A DNA stretch of 64,000 nucleotides from Octopus sinensis. Its lineage: Eukaryota. Below the pieces are notes generated by a model, which saw only the letters and a program-made list of their open reading frames with translations, searched no databases and was not told where the DNA came from. Below, piece by piece: positions 13,588 to 23,125 of this stretch (the stretch's first letter is position 1; each line of letters starts with the position of its first letter). The translations under genes were made by a program, and so were the position numbers. The stretch covers positions 188,046,001 through 188,110,000 of the forward strand of contig NC_042997.1 of NCBI RefSeq assembly GCF_006345805.1, in the 5' to 3' direction.

Positions 13588-13750
13588 TGATAGAAATGGC
13601 AAGACAACAAAAGAATGAAAGAGACCTTGATATTATGTAAATAGAGGAATTTATCTGTAAATATAATATATGACAATTATTCGGTAGCCATGATAAAACT
13701 CGGAGTGTTTTATCATGGCTACCGAATAATTGTCACATATTATATTTACA
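13460..13750. mobile_element. Penelope-derived non-autonomous element ending in a 95-bp near-perfect hairpin
   Basis: Inverted arms 13656-13750 centred on actcggagt; related copies at 23425, 26575-26800 and 40265-40390. Confidence 0.65.
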
Positions 13751-13826
13751 CACACACACACACATATATGTATATACACACACACACATATATATATGTA
13801 TATATGGATATATATAAGGAATATAT

Positions 13827-14285
13827 ATCATCATCATCATCATCGTTTAACGTCTGCTTTCCATGCTAGCATGGGTTGGACAATTTGACTGAGGTCTGGT
13901 GAACCAGATGGCTGCACCAGACTCCAGTCTGATCTGGCAGAGTTTCTACAGCTGGGTGCCCTTCCTAGCACCAACCACTCTGAGAGTGTAGTGGGTGCTT
14001 TTATGTGCCACCGGCACGAGGGTCAGTCAGGTGGTACTGACAACGGCCACGCTCAAATGGAGCTTTTCATGTTCCACCTGCACAGGTTCCAGTCCAGCGG
14101 CACTGGCAACGACCTCGCTCAAATGTTTTTTCACATGCCACCAGCACAAGTGCCAGTAAGGCAACGCAGGTAACGATCACGCTCGAACGGTGTTTTTTAC
14201 GTGCTGCCGGCACGAAGGCCAGCTTATTGCTCTGGCAATGATCACGCTCGTATGGTACTCTTAGCACTTCACTAGCAAGGATGCC
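13827..14285 (-). mobile_element. RTE 3'UTR/tail copy
   Basis: (cat)n tail and conserved terminus, degenerate internal ~60-bp repeats. Confidence 0.8.
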
Positions 14286-15948
14286 GGCCAATTAAAATGC
14301 TAAAGGGTTAAAATTGAGAGCATTAAAAACCTAATTAGGAAAATAAATATTTGCTATTGACTAAAATCATTTTTCTTCATTGTGTAATTATTTCTAATTA
14401 GCTTTTTAATTCCTACATGAAATATCACCACCATTATTTAATGTCCATTTTTCCAAGTTTGCAAGGGTTACATGGAATTTGTTGAGGCAGATTTTTTATG
14501 GCCAAATGCCTTCCTGTCATCAACCCTTGCTTGTTTCCAAGCAAAGTAATCTTTCCCCATGGCTAGACATGCTTTTCATGGGAGACTGGAAATGAACAAC
14601 TCGTTTGTATGATAACGATGCTAATTTATAACCAGCATGTGATGGATATGAACACTTCTAAAAGTTTAATGCCGACCCCACCTCTACTTAGGGTTTATCT
14701 CCAATGTAAGGTAGTGATCATGTAGCGCATAAAAATGATGGTGTGATGTATGCAGGTTGAAGACTATTGTCTGTACATGAGTTCTGCCAAATGCAAGCTT
14801 TCTTTTCAGGTACATAACGCTGCTGTCCCCCATCCCAGGGTCTCACAGGCCCACACCCTCAGGGTTGGCACATTCAATGTGGGCACACTAAAAGGTAGGT
14901 CTGGTGAGATTGTTGAGATGCTTGAACAAAAATGTGTAGATTTGTGCTGCATCCAAGAAGTAAGGTGGAGAGGAGGTTCTGCTAGGTTCCTCACAGGCAA
15001 AGAACATAGGTATAAGATTTTCTGGGCAGGGAACACTGATGGGGTCAGGGTGTGGGTATACTTCTTGCAGAGAAATGGGTTGATAAAGTAATTGAGGTTG
15101 TCAGTCTGTGATAGAATACTTAAGATTAGATTAGTGCTGCATCATGGGTTAGTAACCATTATCTTGGCCTATGCCCCTCTGATTTATGACACCCTCTTGC
15201 AGACTACCTTGTCAACAAATGACATGGGCCTTCTCTTTGTGGTTGGTGACTTCAATGGGCATGTTGGCGTTCATGGAGGCTATGGTTTTGGTTCCTACAA
15301 TGAGGAGGGAACCAGGTAGCTGGAGTTCTGTGATGCAAATGATCTTATGGTTTGTAATACTAACTTCAGCAAACCTGCCAGTCACCTATTCATCTACCGA
15401 TCTGGTAGGTACACTAGTAAAGTTGACTACATCCTCGCCAAGATACTATGAAAGGTGGCTAAATGAAGAAAATGAATGGGAGAAAGAGAGTCTGCTGAAT
15501 GTCGACCCAAAAGAGGGACCAGCTATCCGAATTGACAGTACATTGGTAGACAAAGCAATTAAAGGTATGAAGACAGGGAAAGCCCCTAGTCCATCAGGAA
15601 TCACTGCAGATATGCTTAAAATATCTGGCAGTGTTGGCTATAGTTTAGTCACCTGTATAGTCAACCAGGTGATACATGAAAGAGTCATACCAAATGACTG
15701 GTGTAGCAGCAGCTTAGTCAACTTATACAAAGGTAAAGGTGATGCATTAGTTACAAATAATTACAGAGGTATCAAGTTGTTGGATCAGGTAATGAAAGTC
15801 ATGGAGAGTGTCATAGCCCAACTAATTAGGGAGAGAGTCAGTCTTGATGAGATGCAGTTTGGGTTTGTGCCAGACAGAAGCACTACTGATGCTATATATT
15901 TCTGGTAAGACAGCTGCAGAAGAAATACCTAACCAAAGATAAACCTCT

Positions 15949-16222
15949 TGTAGTATGTGTGGTGAAAGGAGTGTAACAGAACAAGGAAAGAATTAGAAGT
16001 GTAATTTGGTCTTACCTGCGGAGATGAAGTCGGATCGCCTTTGGCCAACTCGCTAACGTGTTGTCGTCTTCGTGTCTTGCTCGAGTCTGTCTCGCCTGGT
16101 CAATGCCGCACGTGCATTCTGTCTGTCACTTCCGCTTCCGCCAGTGCATGCGCCCTGCAAGACCTGCAAGCCACACTTCCACTCCCTCCCACTCCGTCAC
16201 ACTCCTTCAACACCACACCACA
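15949..16222 (-). repeat. 3' LTR
   Basis: Direct repeat of 19923-20196, TG...CA ends. Confidence 0.97.
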
Positions 16223-16231
16223 CGCCCCCCT
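16223..16231 (-). promoter_or_regulatory. polypurine tract
   Basis: AGGGGGGCG on minus strand immediately before the 3' LTR. Confidence 0.8.
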
Positions 16232-16258
16232 GATCTATAGATCACTGAACCGGCTTCC

Positions 16259-19180
16259 TCACTCGCTCCCGCACCTGAAACTGGTTTCATAGTCAGCCAA
16301 CCAGGGAGGAGGGTGCTGCTCCCTCTGTGGTCGCAGTGCGACCCTAGGACTTGTTTCTGACGTGTTGCTGCCGACCTCGTCATCCTGTCTGTTGTTATCG
16401 TCTTGCCCACTGTTGCTTGTCCCATCCTCCGGTGCATGGACAATCCTCCGTATGTCCAAAACGTGGCGTGGCATACCATCGACCGAGATGTTATTCTTTG
16501 AATTTACGGAGGTTATTGTCCCCTTTCCCCATTGCGATGTACACCGTGCGTTTGGGGGTTTTACCCAGACTTCCTCCCCGACCTGCACGAAGGCGTGCTC
16601 TTCCTCTGCCCCGGGTCGCATTGATGTAGTACACGGATGCCTCCACTCGTATCTGAATATTGCCCTGTGTGGCACCGACTCCTCAGCCTGTCCTGATCTG
16701 GGCGACATGTTGTACCAAAACACGGCCTCGACTGGTGAAATGTGACCTCTCTCTGCCATGGCCTTGATGGTACGATGATGCCTTTCCACCACCCCGTTTC
16801 CACTTGGCCGGTATGCCGCCCTGAAGAAGCAGTTAACCTTCCACTCATCAAGCATTTCTCTCAGCGCCTCCGAGCGAAATGCAGTGCCATTGTCCAGAAG
16901 CAGTTCATCCACGGGGCCTCGTTCCAGGAATATCTCGTTCAACACTTTCGCAATTTCTTCTGCGGTTCCCGACCTCATCTCCCTCCATATGGCGAACCGC
17001 CCCGGTCCGCAGTCAACCATTGAGAGGTATGTCCCCTGCCGGTAGTGTGTTATGTCCACCGCCAGTCGTCTCCAGTCCTGGTCCACTGGAATACTTCCCG
17101 CTTCATGCACGACCGGAGCAGGGTCGATGGACTGGCACCTGTCACAACTGCTAACCACTCTCCGCACGCTCTGTCTTGTTACGTCGGAGTCGACTTTTCT
17201 GGCTAGGAACAACGTCCTGTCCACACCCATGTGATGCATGGTGTGCAGTCTCCGCAACTCCGAGTCGCTCAGATGGCATACTGCAGCTACATCCTGCTTC
17301 GCATCCTCTGGCACTTGCAACCAGGCTCGCTTTACCCTGGTCAGGACGTCTGCCCTGTTCTTCTCGGAAGGCACAAAGACCACGCTTAGCTTCAGATTGA
17401 ACTCAGTGGTTAGTTCACGCAGTATTCCTAATTGACGCTTTACCAGCATCTCTGCAGCCCCTTTGGTCCGCACCCTCCGCTCATCGGTGATGACTGCCGT
17501 CGCCCAACCAAGTACAGTGGCTGAATCAGTCCTGATTTCTATGGTGTGCAACCCCCACTTCAAGGCTAGGTTCACCCCCTTCAGCACGGCTTCCAACTCT
17601 GCCACGTTGATGTGACTGCAGTCATCCATCTTCCTGAGCCAGGCTGCATTTTCCACCGTGACGCCTCCCACTTCCAAGACGACCCCTATTGCGATGCTAC
17701 TGGCGTCACACCATACGATCCCGCTCTTTGATTTGGGAACATACCAGCTGCCCCTCACCGGGTCCTCTGCTCCTACTCTGACCAGGACTTCCTGCATCAT
17801 GTCGATCGTCCTCTCCCCCACTTTATCATTCCACTTCACTCCTTCGGCTCGTCTCTTGATGAAGCTGCATGCTGTCCGGAGCCAGCCTGCAATCGGGTAG
17901 TGTCCCACCAGTTTCCCACACACAGAGAACAGTTCCCGTCTACTCATGCTGGCGCCCAGTTCAGGGATCTCATTCCCTCGCCGGAACACCAAGGCGCCGG
18001 CTTTGTCTCTCCATAGCTTGAGGCCCAGTGCAGCACCTCCCTCCATAGCCTCTGGCGGCTTGGCGATCAGTCCAAAACTCTTCAGGTGGCCTATGACCTC
18101 CGTTGCTGGTATCACGGTTTCATCCACCAGAATGTCGTCGATGTATGAATTGGTGGCCCTTTTTACTCTGTCCACCTTCCCCAGGATGGCCTTGAGAATT
18201 GTTGCCATAATCTTCGGCGCTGAATTCAGCCCGAATCCCAACCTGGTCAGACAGTACGTCCGGACCCTATACCTGACGAGCTGGTACCTCCATAGTTTCT
18301 CAGCCACATGCACCTGAAGGTATGCCGACTTTAAATCGACAATCGTGGAGGCCCCCGCCGTCTGCCTCCACTCTCGCAAGGTGTCTCCGCAGACATCCGT
18401 GGCCTCGCCGCCTGTATGACACGACACGTGGTCATTCAGCTCTCGGAAGTTGAGCACTGGCCTGACCTTACGCTTTGTGGGCTGTATCACCGCCATCAGT
18501 GGCAGGACTCCGCTCTCTTCTTTTTCCCAGGGGATCAGTATGCCCTCCTTAATCCACCGCTCCACCTCCCCCTCGAACTCACTTCTGGCATCTCCTTTTA
18601 GAGTATGCTGATAGCAGCCCACTTTATTCTTTAACATCGGGGGCTCTCCCTTCCAGTGCCACTCCACTGTCCACCTCTCGCCATCAAATACAGCCCGAAA
18701 ATCCTGGTCTTCAATGGTGTGCGCCGCATCCATTTCCTCACGGTTGTCGTCGGTGCGTGGTCTTGCCCTACACGGCTTCCCTGCTAGCCCAAACGTTACG
18801 CCAGCCTCGTTGACGGTAACACCTCCCAGACGGGTGATCGCATCCATCCCCATCACCATGTCGATCTCGTCCACCAAGTGACCGACCACAATCGCTCGCA
18901 ACGTCAGCTGCAGTCCCTGCACCACAATCTGCGCATCCGTAACCCCTTCGCAGTGCACTTCTCTTCCGTCGACTGCCCTAACACTGCTTCCTCCACTCCA
19001 CGTCTCTGCCACTTCTGTGGTCATCAGGGTCGTCGTACAGCCCGTGTCCACCAGGGCTCGCGACATCTTCCCCTTCACCAGAATGTCGACCACAGGTAAC
19101 GATGAGAAACGCGCCGCTACTAATCCAAAGGGACAACTACCGGCGCAGTAGTCTCCCGCGGTCCGTTTCCCCGCAGACAC
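16259..19180 (-). CDS. pol: Pol polyprotein (aspartic protease, RT, RNase H, integrase), expressed by -1 frameshift
   Basis: 973-aa open frame: ALVDTG (PR), VDLKSAY and YIDD (RT), CDAS/AELEA/TDS (RH), HTMHH..CDRC, VDIT, LDNG, VER (IN); the GTG start in the track is probably not a real start. Confidence 0.95.
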   Translation of the reverse strand: MSAGKRTAGDYCAGSCPFGLVAARFSSLPVVDILVKGKMSRALVDTGCTTTLMTTEVAETWSGGSSVRAVDGREVHCEGVTDAQIVVQGLQLTLRAIVVGHLVDEIDMVMGMDAITRLGGVTVNEAGVTFGLAGKPCRARPRTDDNREEMDAAHTIEDQDFRAVFDGERWTVEWHWKGEPPMLKNKVGCYQHTLKGDARSEFEGEVERWIKEGILIPWEKEESGVLPLMAVIQPTKRKVRPVLNFRELNDHVSCHTGGEATDVCGDTLREWRQTAGASTIVDLKSAYLQVHVAEKLWRYQLVRYRVRTYCLTRLGFGLNSAPKIMATILKAILGKVDRVKRATNSYIDDILVDETVIPATEVIGHLKSFGLIAKPPEAMEGGAALGLKLWRDKAGALVFRRGNEIPELGASMSRRELFSVCGKLVGHYPIAGWLRTACSFIKRRAEGVKWNDKVGERTIDMMQEVLVRVGAEDPVRGSWYVPKSKSGIVWCDASSIAIGVVLEVGGVTVENAAWLRKMDDCSHINVAELEAVLKGVNLALKWGLHTIEIRTDSATVLGWATAVITDERRVRTKGAAEMLVKRQLGILRELTTEFNLKLSVVFVPSEKNRADVLTRVKRAWLQVPEDAKQDVAAVCHLSDSELRRLHTMHHMGVDRTLFLARKVDSDVTRQSVRRVVSSCDRCQSIDPAPVVHEAGSIPVDQDWRRLAVDITHYRQGTYLSMVDCGPGRFAIWREMRSGTAEEIAKVLNEIFLERGPVDELLLDNGTAFRSEALREMLDEWKVNCFFRAAYRPSGNGVVERHHRTIKAMAERGHISPVEAVFWYNMSPRSGQAEESVPHRAIFRYEWRHPCTTSMRPGAEEEHAFVQVGEEVWVKPPNARCTSQWGKGTITSVNSKNNISVDGMPRHVLDIRRIVHAPEDGTSNSGQDDNNRQDDEVGSNTSETSPRVALRPQREQHPPPWLADYETSFRCGSE
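19111..19171 (-). promoter_or_regulatory. -1 ribosomal frameshift signal (G GGA AAC + H-type pseudoknot)
   Basis: Heptamer 19171-19165 in gag frame; 7-nt spacer; stem 1 GGGAGACUAC/GUAGUUGUCCC; stem 2 GCGCCG/CGGCGC. Confidence 0.85.
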
Positions 19181-19875
19181 TCACTAGCCACATGCCCCGG
19201 CTCTCGACACCGGTAGCAAATCACCTCAGGCTTGGGCGACGCGCAGTCACGGACCATGTGTGGGCCCTGGCACCGGAAACACTGTCCCTTGAACGATCGC
19301 ACACGTTCTTTCCCCAGCCCCTCTCCGTTGCTCCTAGCTGGGCCACTTTTCGACGTTACAGTCGCTGCTACCGACGTCAACCTGCTGCACGACACCAGTA
19401 CACGTGCCTGCGATATGATCTCGGCCATCGGCATCGAACGCACGTTCGGGAGCTTCTGTAGCTCGACCGACATAATGTCGGGAAAGCCGGTCACGAACGC
19501 TAACCTCACCGTGCGTTCTAGCGACTCTCCCTCATATCCCGCAAGTTTAGCCAACCTTCTAAGCTCACCGGCGAACACGTCCACCTGTTGTCCTGTCCAC
19601 CTCATTCTACCCAGTCGAGTGTACACTTCAAACATTCCTTCCGCAAAGGCCTCCATAAGTCGGATCTCCACCTTGTCCGCGCTGAGTTGGTCCGTCTCCT
19701 CCATCTCCAGATATAACGCCAACGCCGGGCCATCCAAATACAACGGCATAAAACTAGCCAGGTCAGCTATGCCGTGTAGCTTCGCCACCAATTTTACCCT
19801 CCTCAACCAAGCGACCACGTTGGTGTCGCCGCGAAACGGTGTTATAGGGTCGCGTGAAATCATAGCAGTCTGCAT
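19120..19875 (-). CDS. gag: Gag (251 aa, two C-terminal zinc knuckles)
   Basis: CFRCQGPHMVRDC and CYRCREPGHVASEC; ATG about 35 nt downstream of the PBS. Confidence 0.92.
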   Translation of the reverse strand: MQTAMISRDPITPFRGDTNVVAWLRRVKLVAKLHGIADLASFMPLYLDGPALALYLEMEETDQLSADKVEIRLMEAFAEGMFEVYTRLGRMRWTGQQVDVFAGELRRLAKLAGYEGESLERTVRLAFVTGFPDIMSVELQKLPNVRSMPMAEIISQARVLVSCSRLTSVAATVTSKSGPARSNGEGLGKERVRSFKGQCFRCQGPHMVRDCASPKPEVICYRCREPGHVASECLRGNGPRETTAPVVVPLD

Positions 19876-19910
19876 AATTTTCTATTTTTACGAAACCGAG
19901 TGATTATTTT

Positions 19911-19922
19911 GCCGAAATAGCT
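19911..19922 (-). promoter_or_regulatory. non-canonical primer-binding site complementary to tRNA-Phe nt 1-12
   Basis: AGCTATTTCGGC directly after the 5' LTR; its complement GCCGAAATAGCT is the 5' end of metazoan tRNA-Phe(GAA) as I recall it. Confidence 0.75.
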
Positions 19923-20196
19923 TGTAGTATGTGTGGTGAAAGGAGTGTAACAGAACAAGGAAAGAATTAGAAGTGTAATTTGGTCTTACCTGCGGAGATG
20001 AAGTCGGATCGCCTTTGGCCAACTCGCTAACGTGTTGTCGTCTTCGTGTCTTGCTCGAGTCTGTCTCGCCTGGTCAATGCCGCACGTGCGTTCTGTCTGT
20101 CACTTCCGCTTCTGCCGGCGCATGCGCCCTGCAAGACCTGCAAGCCCCACTTCTGCTCCCTCCCACTCCGTCACACTCCTTCAACACCACACCACA
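19923..20196 (-). repeat. 5' LTR with NRF1-like (GCGCATGCGC), ETS (CGGAAGTG) and E-box (CACGTG) motifs
   Basis: Direct repeat of 15949-16222; motifs read directly; no TATA box or AATAAA seen. Confidence 0.93.
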
Positions 20197-21156
20197 CCTC
20201 TGTACTTAGCTTTCTTTGATATGGAGAAATCCTTTGACAGGGTCCCCTGATCCCTTATCAGGTGGTCTATGAGGAAACTAGGGACAGATAAATGGTTAGT
20301 GAGAGCTGTACAAGCCATGTACAGGGATGCTGTCAGTAAGGTGAGAGTTGGCAATGAGTACAGTGAAGAATTCCAGGTAGGGGTAAGGGTCCACAAAGGA
20401 TCAGTCCTCAGCTCCCTCTTATTCATCATAGTTCTCCAGGCAATAACAGAGGAATTCAAGACAGGATGCCACTGGGAGCTTCTCTATGCTGATGACCTTG
20501 CTCTAATTGCTGAGTGACTATCAGAACTAGAGATGAAGTTTCAGGTGTGGAAGCAAAGACTAGAATCGAAGGGCCTTAGAGTCAACCTAGCTAAGTCTTA
20601 ATAAGTAGGAAGGCAGATAAACCACAAATGCCTTTAGGTAGATGGCCCTGCTTGATATGTAGAAAACAGTGTAGGTAGAAACTACATAAGATACATCTGG
20701 TGTAAGCTATGGACACATAAGTAGTGCAACAATATCAAAGGAAGGGTAACTGGGAAGATAGTTTTTGTGTGTGGCAAATGCTCAGGAGCAATAAACACTG
20801 AAAGTGAGCAGAGAAGAGCTTCTGTCACATTCCAGGGAAAAAAGCGGCAAGTAGTTGATAGCTTCAGTTACCTAGCTCACCAAGTTATTAGCAGGGAAGG
20901 ATGCTCTGAAAATGTAGTAACTAGAATAGCCTGGGCAAAGTTCAGAGAGCTCCTACCTCTGCTGGTAACAAAGGGCCTCTCACTCAGAGTAAAAGGTAGA
21001 CTATATCATGCATGTGTGTGAACAGCTATACTACATGGCAGTAAAACATGGGCCGTGACTGCTGAGGACATGCGTAAGGTTGCAAGAAATGAAGCCAGCT
21101 GTATTTATCGTTATGATAAAATCTGGCGTGTGATTGAGTGGATTTCATCCAGATAG

Positions 21157-21238
21157 TTTTGGCTGAGGAGCTACAAGTGGATTTTTTTGTAAGTAAAATT
21201 ACATTTAATTCATTAATAGCGAAACAATTGTCCCAAAA
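21157..21238 (+). ncRNA. type I hammerhead ribozyme, copy 1 (intact core)
   Basis: ttttgg-CTGAGGA-gcta[43 nt]tagc-GAA-ACAATTGT-C-ccaaaa; predicted cleavage after C21232. Confidence 0.85.
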
Positions 21239-21691
21239 TAATCTGTATTTTTGTTATTTTTTATTTGCCCTGTCCGTGTGAGCTAACAATCGTACTGACT
21301 TTCATGGGAAACATGTATTTTTGTGGTTGAAACCTATTGGATTAACTGGTGCTAGAGTGAGCCATATAGTGACCACTCTCTTATATTTATTTTGTAAAAA
21401 TATTATAATATATTATAAAATATTATAATAATCCAGGTTTCTCGGAGCACTAGGCCACTTGGTGTAGAATAGATATACTATTAAATTAGTATCTAATTCT
21501 CTCACCCTTATTAATTAATTATAATTATGCTGCATTTATTTCTAAATGCTGTATTTGTTTTCTGTGAAAATTTGGCGCGCTGTTAGTTGGGGCATTTGAA
21601 TTATAACGTCGGATGTAATCAATTGAACCACACGCGTATTTATCGTTATGATAAAATCTGGCGTGTGATTGAGTGGATTTCATCCAGATAG

Positions 21692-21773
21692 TTTTGGCTG
21701 AGGAGCTACAAGTGGATTTTTTTGTAAGTAAAATTACATTTAATTCATTAATAGCGAAACAATTGTCCCAAAA
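21692..21773 (+). ncRNA. type I hammerhead ribozyme, copy 2 (intact core)
   Basis: Identical motif +535 bp; predicted cleavage after C21767. Confidence 0.85.
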
Positions 21774-22226
21774 TAATCTGTATTTTTGTTATTTTTTATT
21801 TGCCCTGTCCGTGTGAGCTAACAATCGTACTGACTTTCATGGGAAACATGTATTTTTGTGGTTGAAACCTATTGGATTAACTGGTGCTAGAGTGAGCCAT
21901 ATAGTGACCACTCTCTTATATTTATTTTGTAAAAATATTATAATATATTATAAAATATTATAATAATCCAGGTTTCTCGGAGCACTAGGCCACTTGGTGT
22001 AGAATAGATATACTATTAAATTAGTATCTAATTCTCTCACCCTTATTAATTAATTATAATTATGCTGCATTTATTTCTAAATGCTGTATTTGTTTTCCGT
22101 GAAAATTTGGCGTGCTGTTAGTTGGGGCATTTGAATTATAACGTCGGATGTAATCAATTGAACCACACGCGTATTTATCGTTATGATAAAATCTGGCGTG
22201 TGATTGAGTGGATTTCATCCAGATAG

Positions 22227-22318
22227 CTTTGGCTGAGGAGCTACAAGTGGATTTTTTTGTAAGTAAAATTACATTTAATTCATTAATAGCAAAACAATTG
22301 TCCCAAAATAATCTGTAT
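22227..22318 (+). ncRNA. type I hammerhead, copy 3 (G12A, predicted inactive)
   Basis: tagc-AAAAC instead of tagc-GAAAC at 22301, plus one stem I change. Confidence 0.75.
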
Positions 22319-22613
22319 TTTTGTTATTTTTTATTTGCCCTGTCCGTGTGAGCTAACAATCGTACTGACTTTCATGGGAAACATGTATTTTTGTGGTTGA
22401 AACCTATTGGATTAACTGGTGCTAGAGTGAGCCATATAGTGACCACTCTCTTATATTTATTTTGTAAAAATATTATAATATATTATAAAATATTATAATA
22501 ATCCAGGTTTCTCGGAGCACTAGGCCACTTGGTGTAGAATAGATATACTATTAAATTAGTATCTAATTCTCTCACCCTTATATATATATACATATATATA
22601 CATATATATATAC

Positions 22614-22664
<51 letters not shown>

Positions 22665-22685
22665 ATATAATATATATATATATAT

Positions 22686-22717
<32 letters not shown>

Positions 22718-22734
22718 ATATATATATATCCATA

Positions 22735-23125
22735 TATTCTTTTATTCTTTCTTCTACTTGTTTCAGTTATTTGACTATGGCCATGCTGGGGAACCACCTT
22801 TAGTCGAGCAAATTGATCCCAGGACTTATTCTTTGTAAGCCTAGTACTTATTCTATCGGTCTCTTTTGCTGAACTGCTAAGTTATGGGGACGTAAACACA
22901 CTAACATCAGTTACCAAATGATGTTGGGGGGGGGGGCAGACTCACACACATACACACACACAAATATACGATAGGTTTCTTTCAATTTCTGTTTACCAAA
23001 TGCACTCACAAGACTTTGGTCAAGCCAAGGCTATAGTAAACAACACTTGCCTCAGGTGTCATGCAGTGGGGCTTTACCCGGAACCATGTGATCGGGAAGC
23101 AAGCTACTTACGACACAGCCACTCC
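22735..23125 (-). mobile_element. SINE family A
   Basis: Similarity to 616-1018. Confidence 0.85.

Larger units (their letters stand above)
15949..20196 (-). mobile_element. full-length Ty3/Gypsy LTR retrotransposon (4248 bp)
   Basis: Two 274-bp TG...CA LTRs (7 mismatches), TSD cctct at 15944-15948 and 20197-20201, open gag and pol with PR-RT-RH-IN order. Confidence 0.97.
14790..21098 (+). pseudogene. decayed RTE LINE (APE endonuclease + RT), internally deleted, interrupted by the Gypsy element and 3'-truncated
   Basis: LRVGTFNVGTLKGR...CCIQEVRWRG (APE), GDFNGHVG, KAPSPSG, YRGIKLLDQ, QFGF; resumes at 20197 with FDMEKSFDRVP and LLYADD; multiple stops and frameshifts. Confidence 0.92.
21101..22581 (+). 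repeat. 535-bp non-coding tandem array (2.8 units), retrozyme/pLTR-like
   Basis: Units start gtatttatcg at 21101, 21636, 22171; very few differences between units; ends in (TA)n. Confidence 0.97.

Noticed and set aside
19232-19903. 223-aa plus-strand ORF and other short ORFs antisense to gag/pol
   Set aside because: Expected by-products of GC-rich coding sequence; no motifs; no env-like ORF present
19923-20196. Tf1/sushi-type self-priming as the explanation for the odd PBS
   Set aside because: GCCGAAATAGCT does not occur in the LTR sense strand
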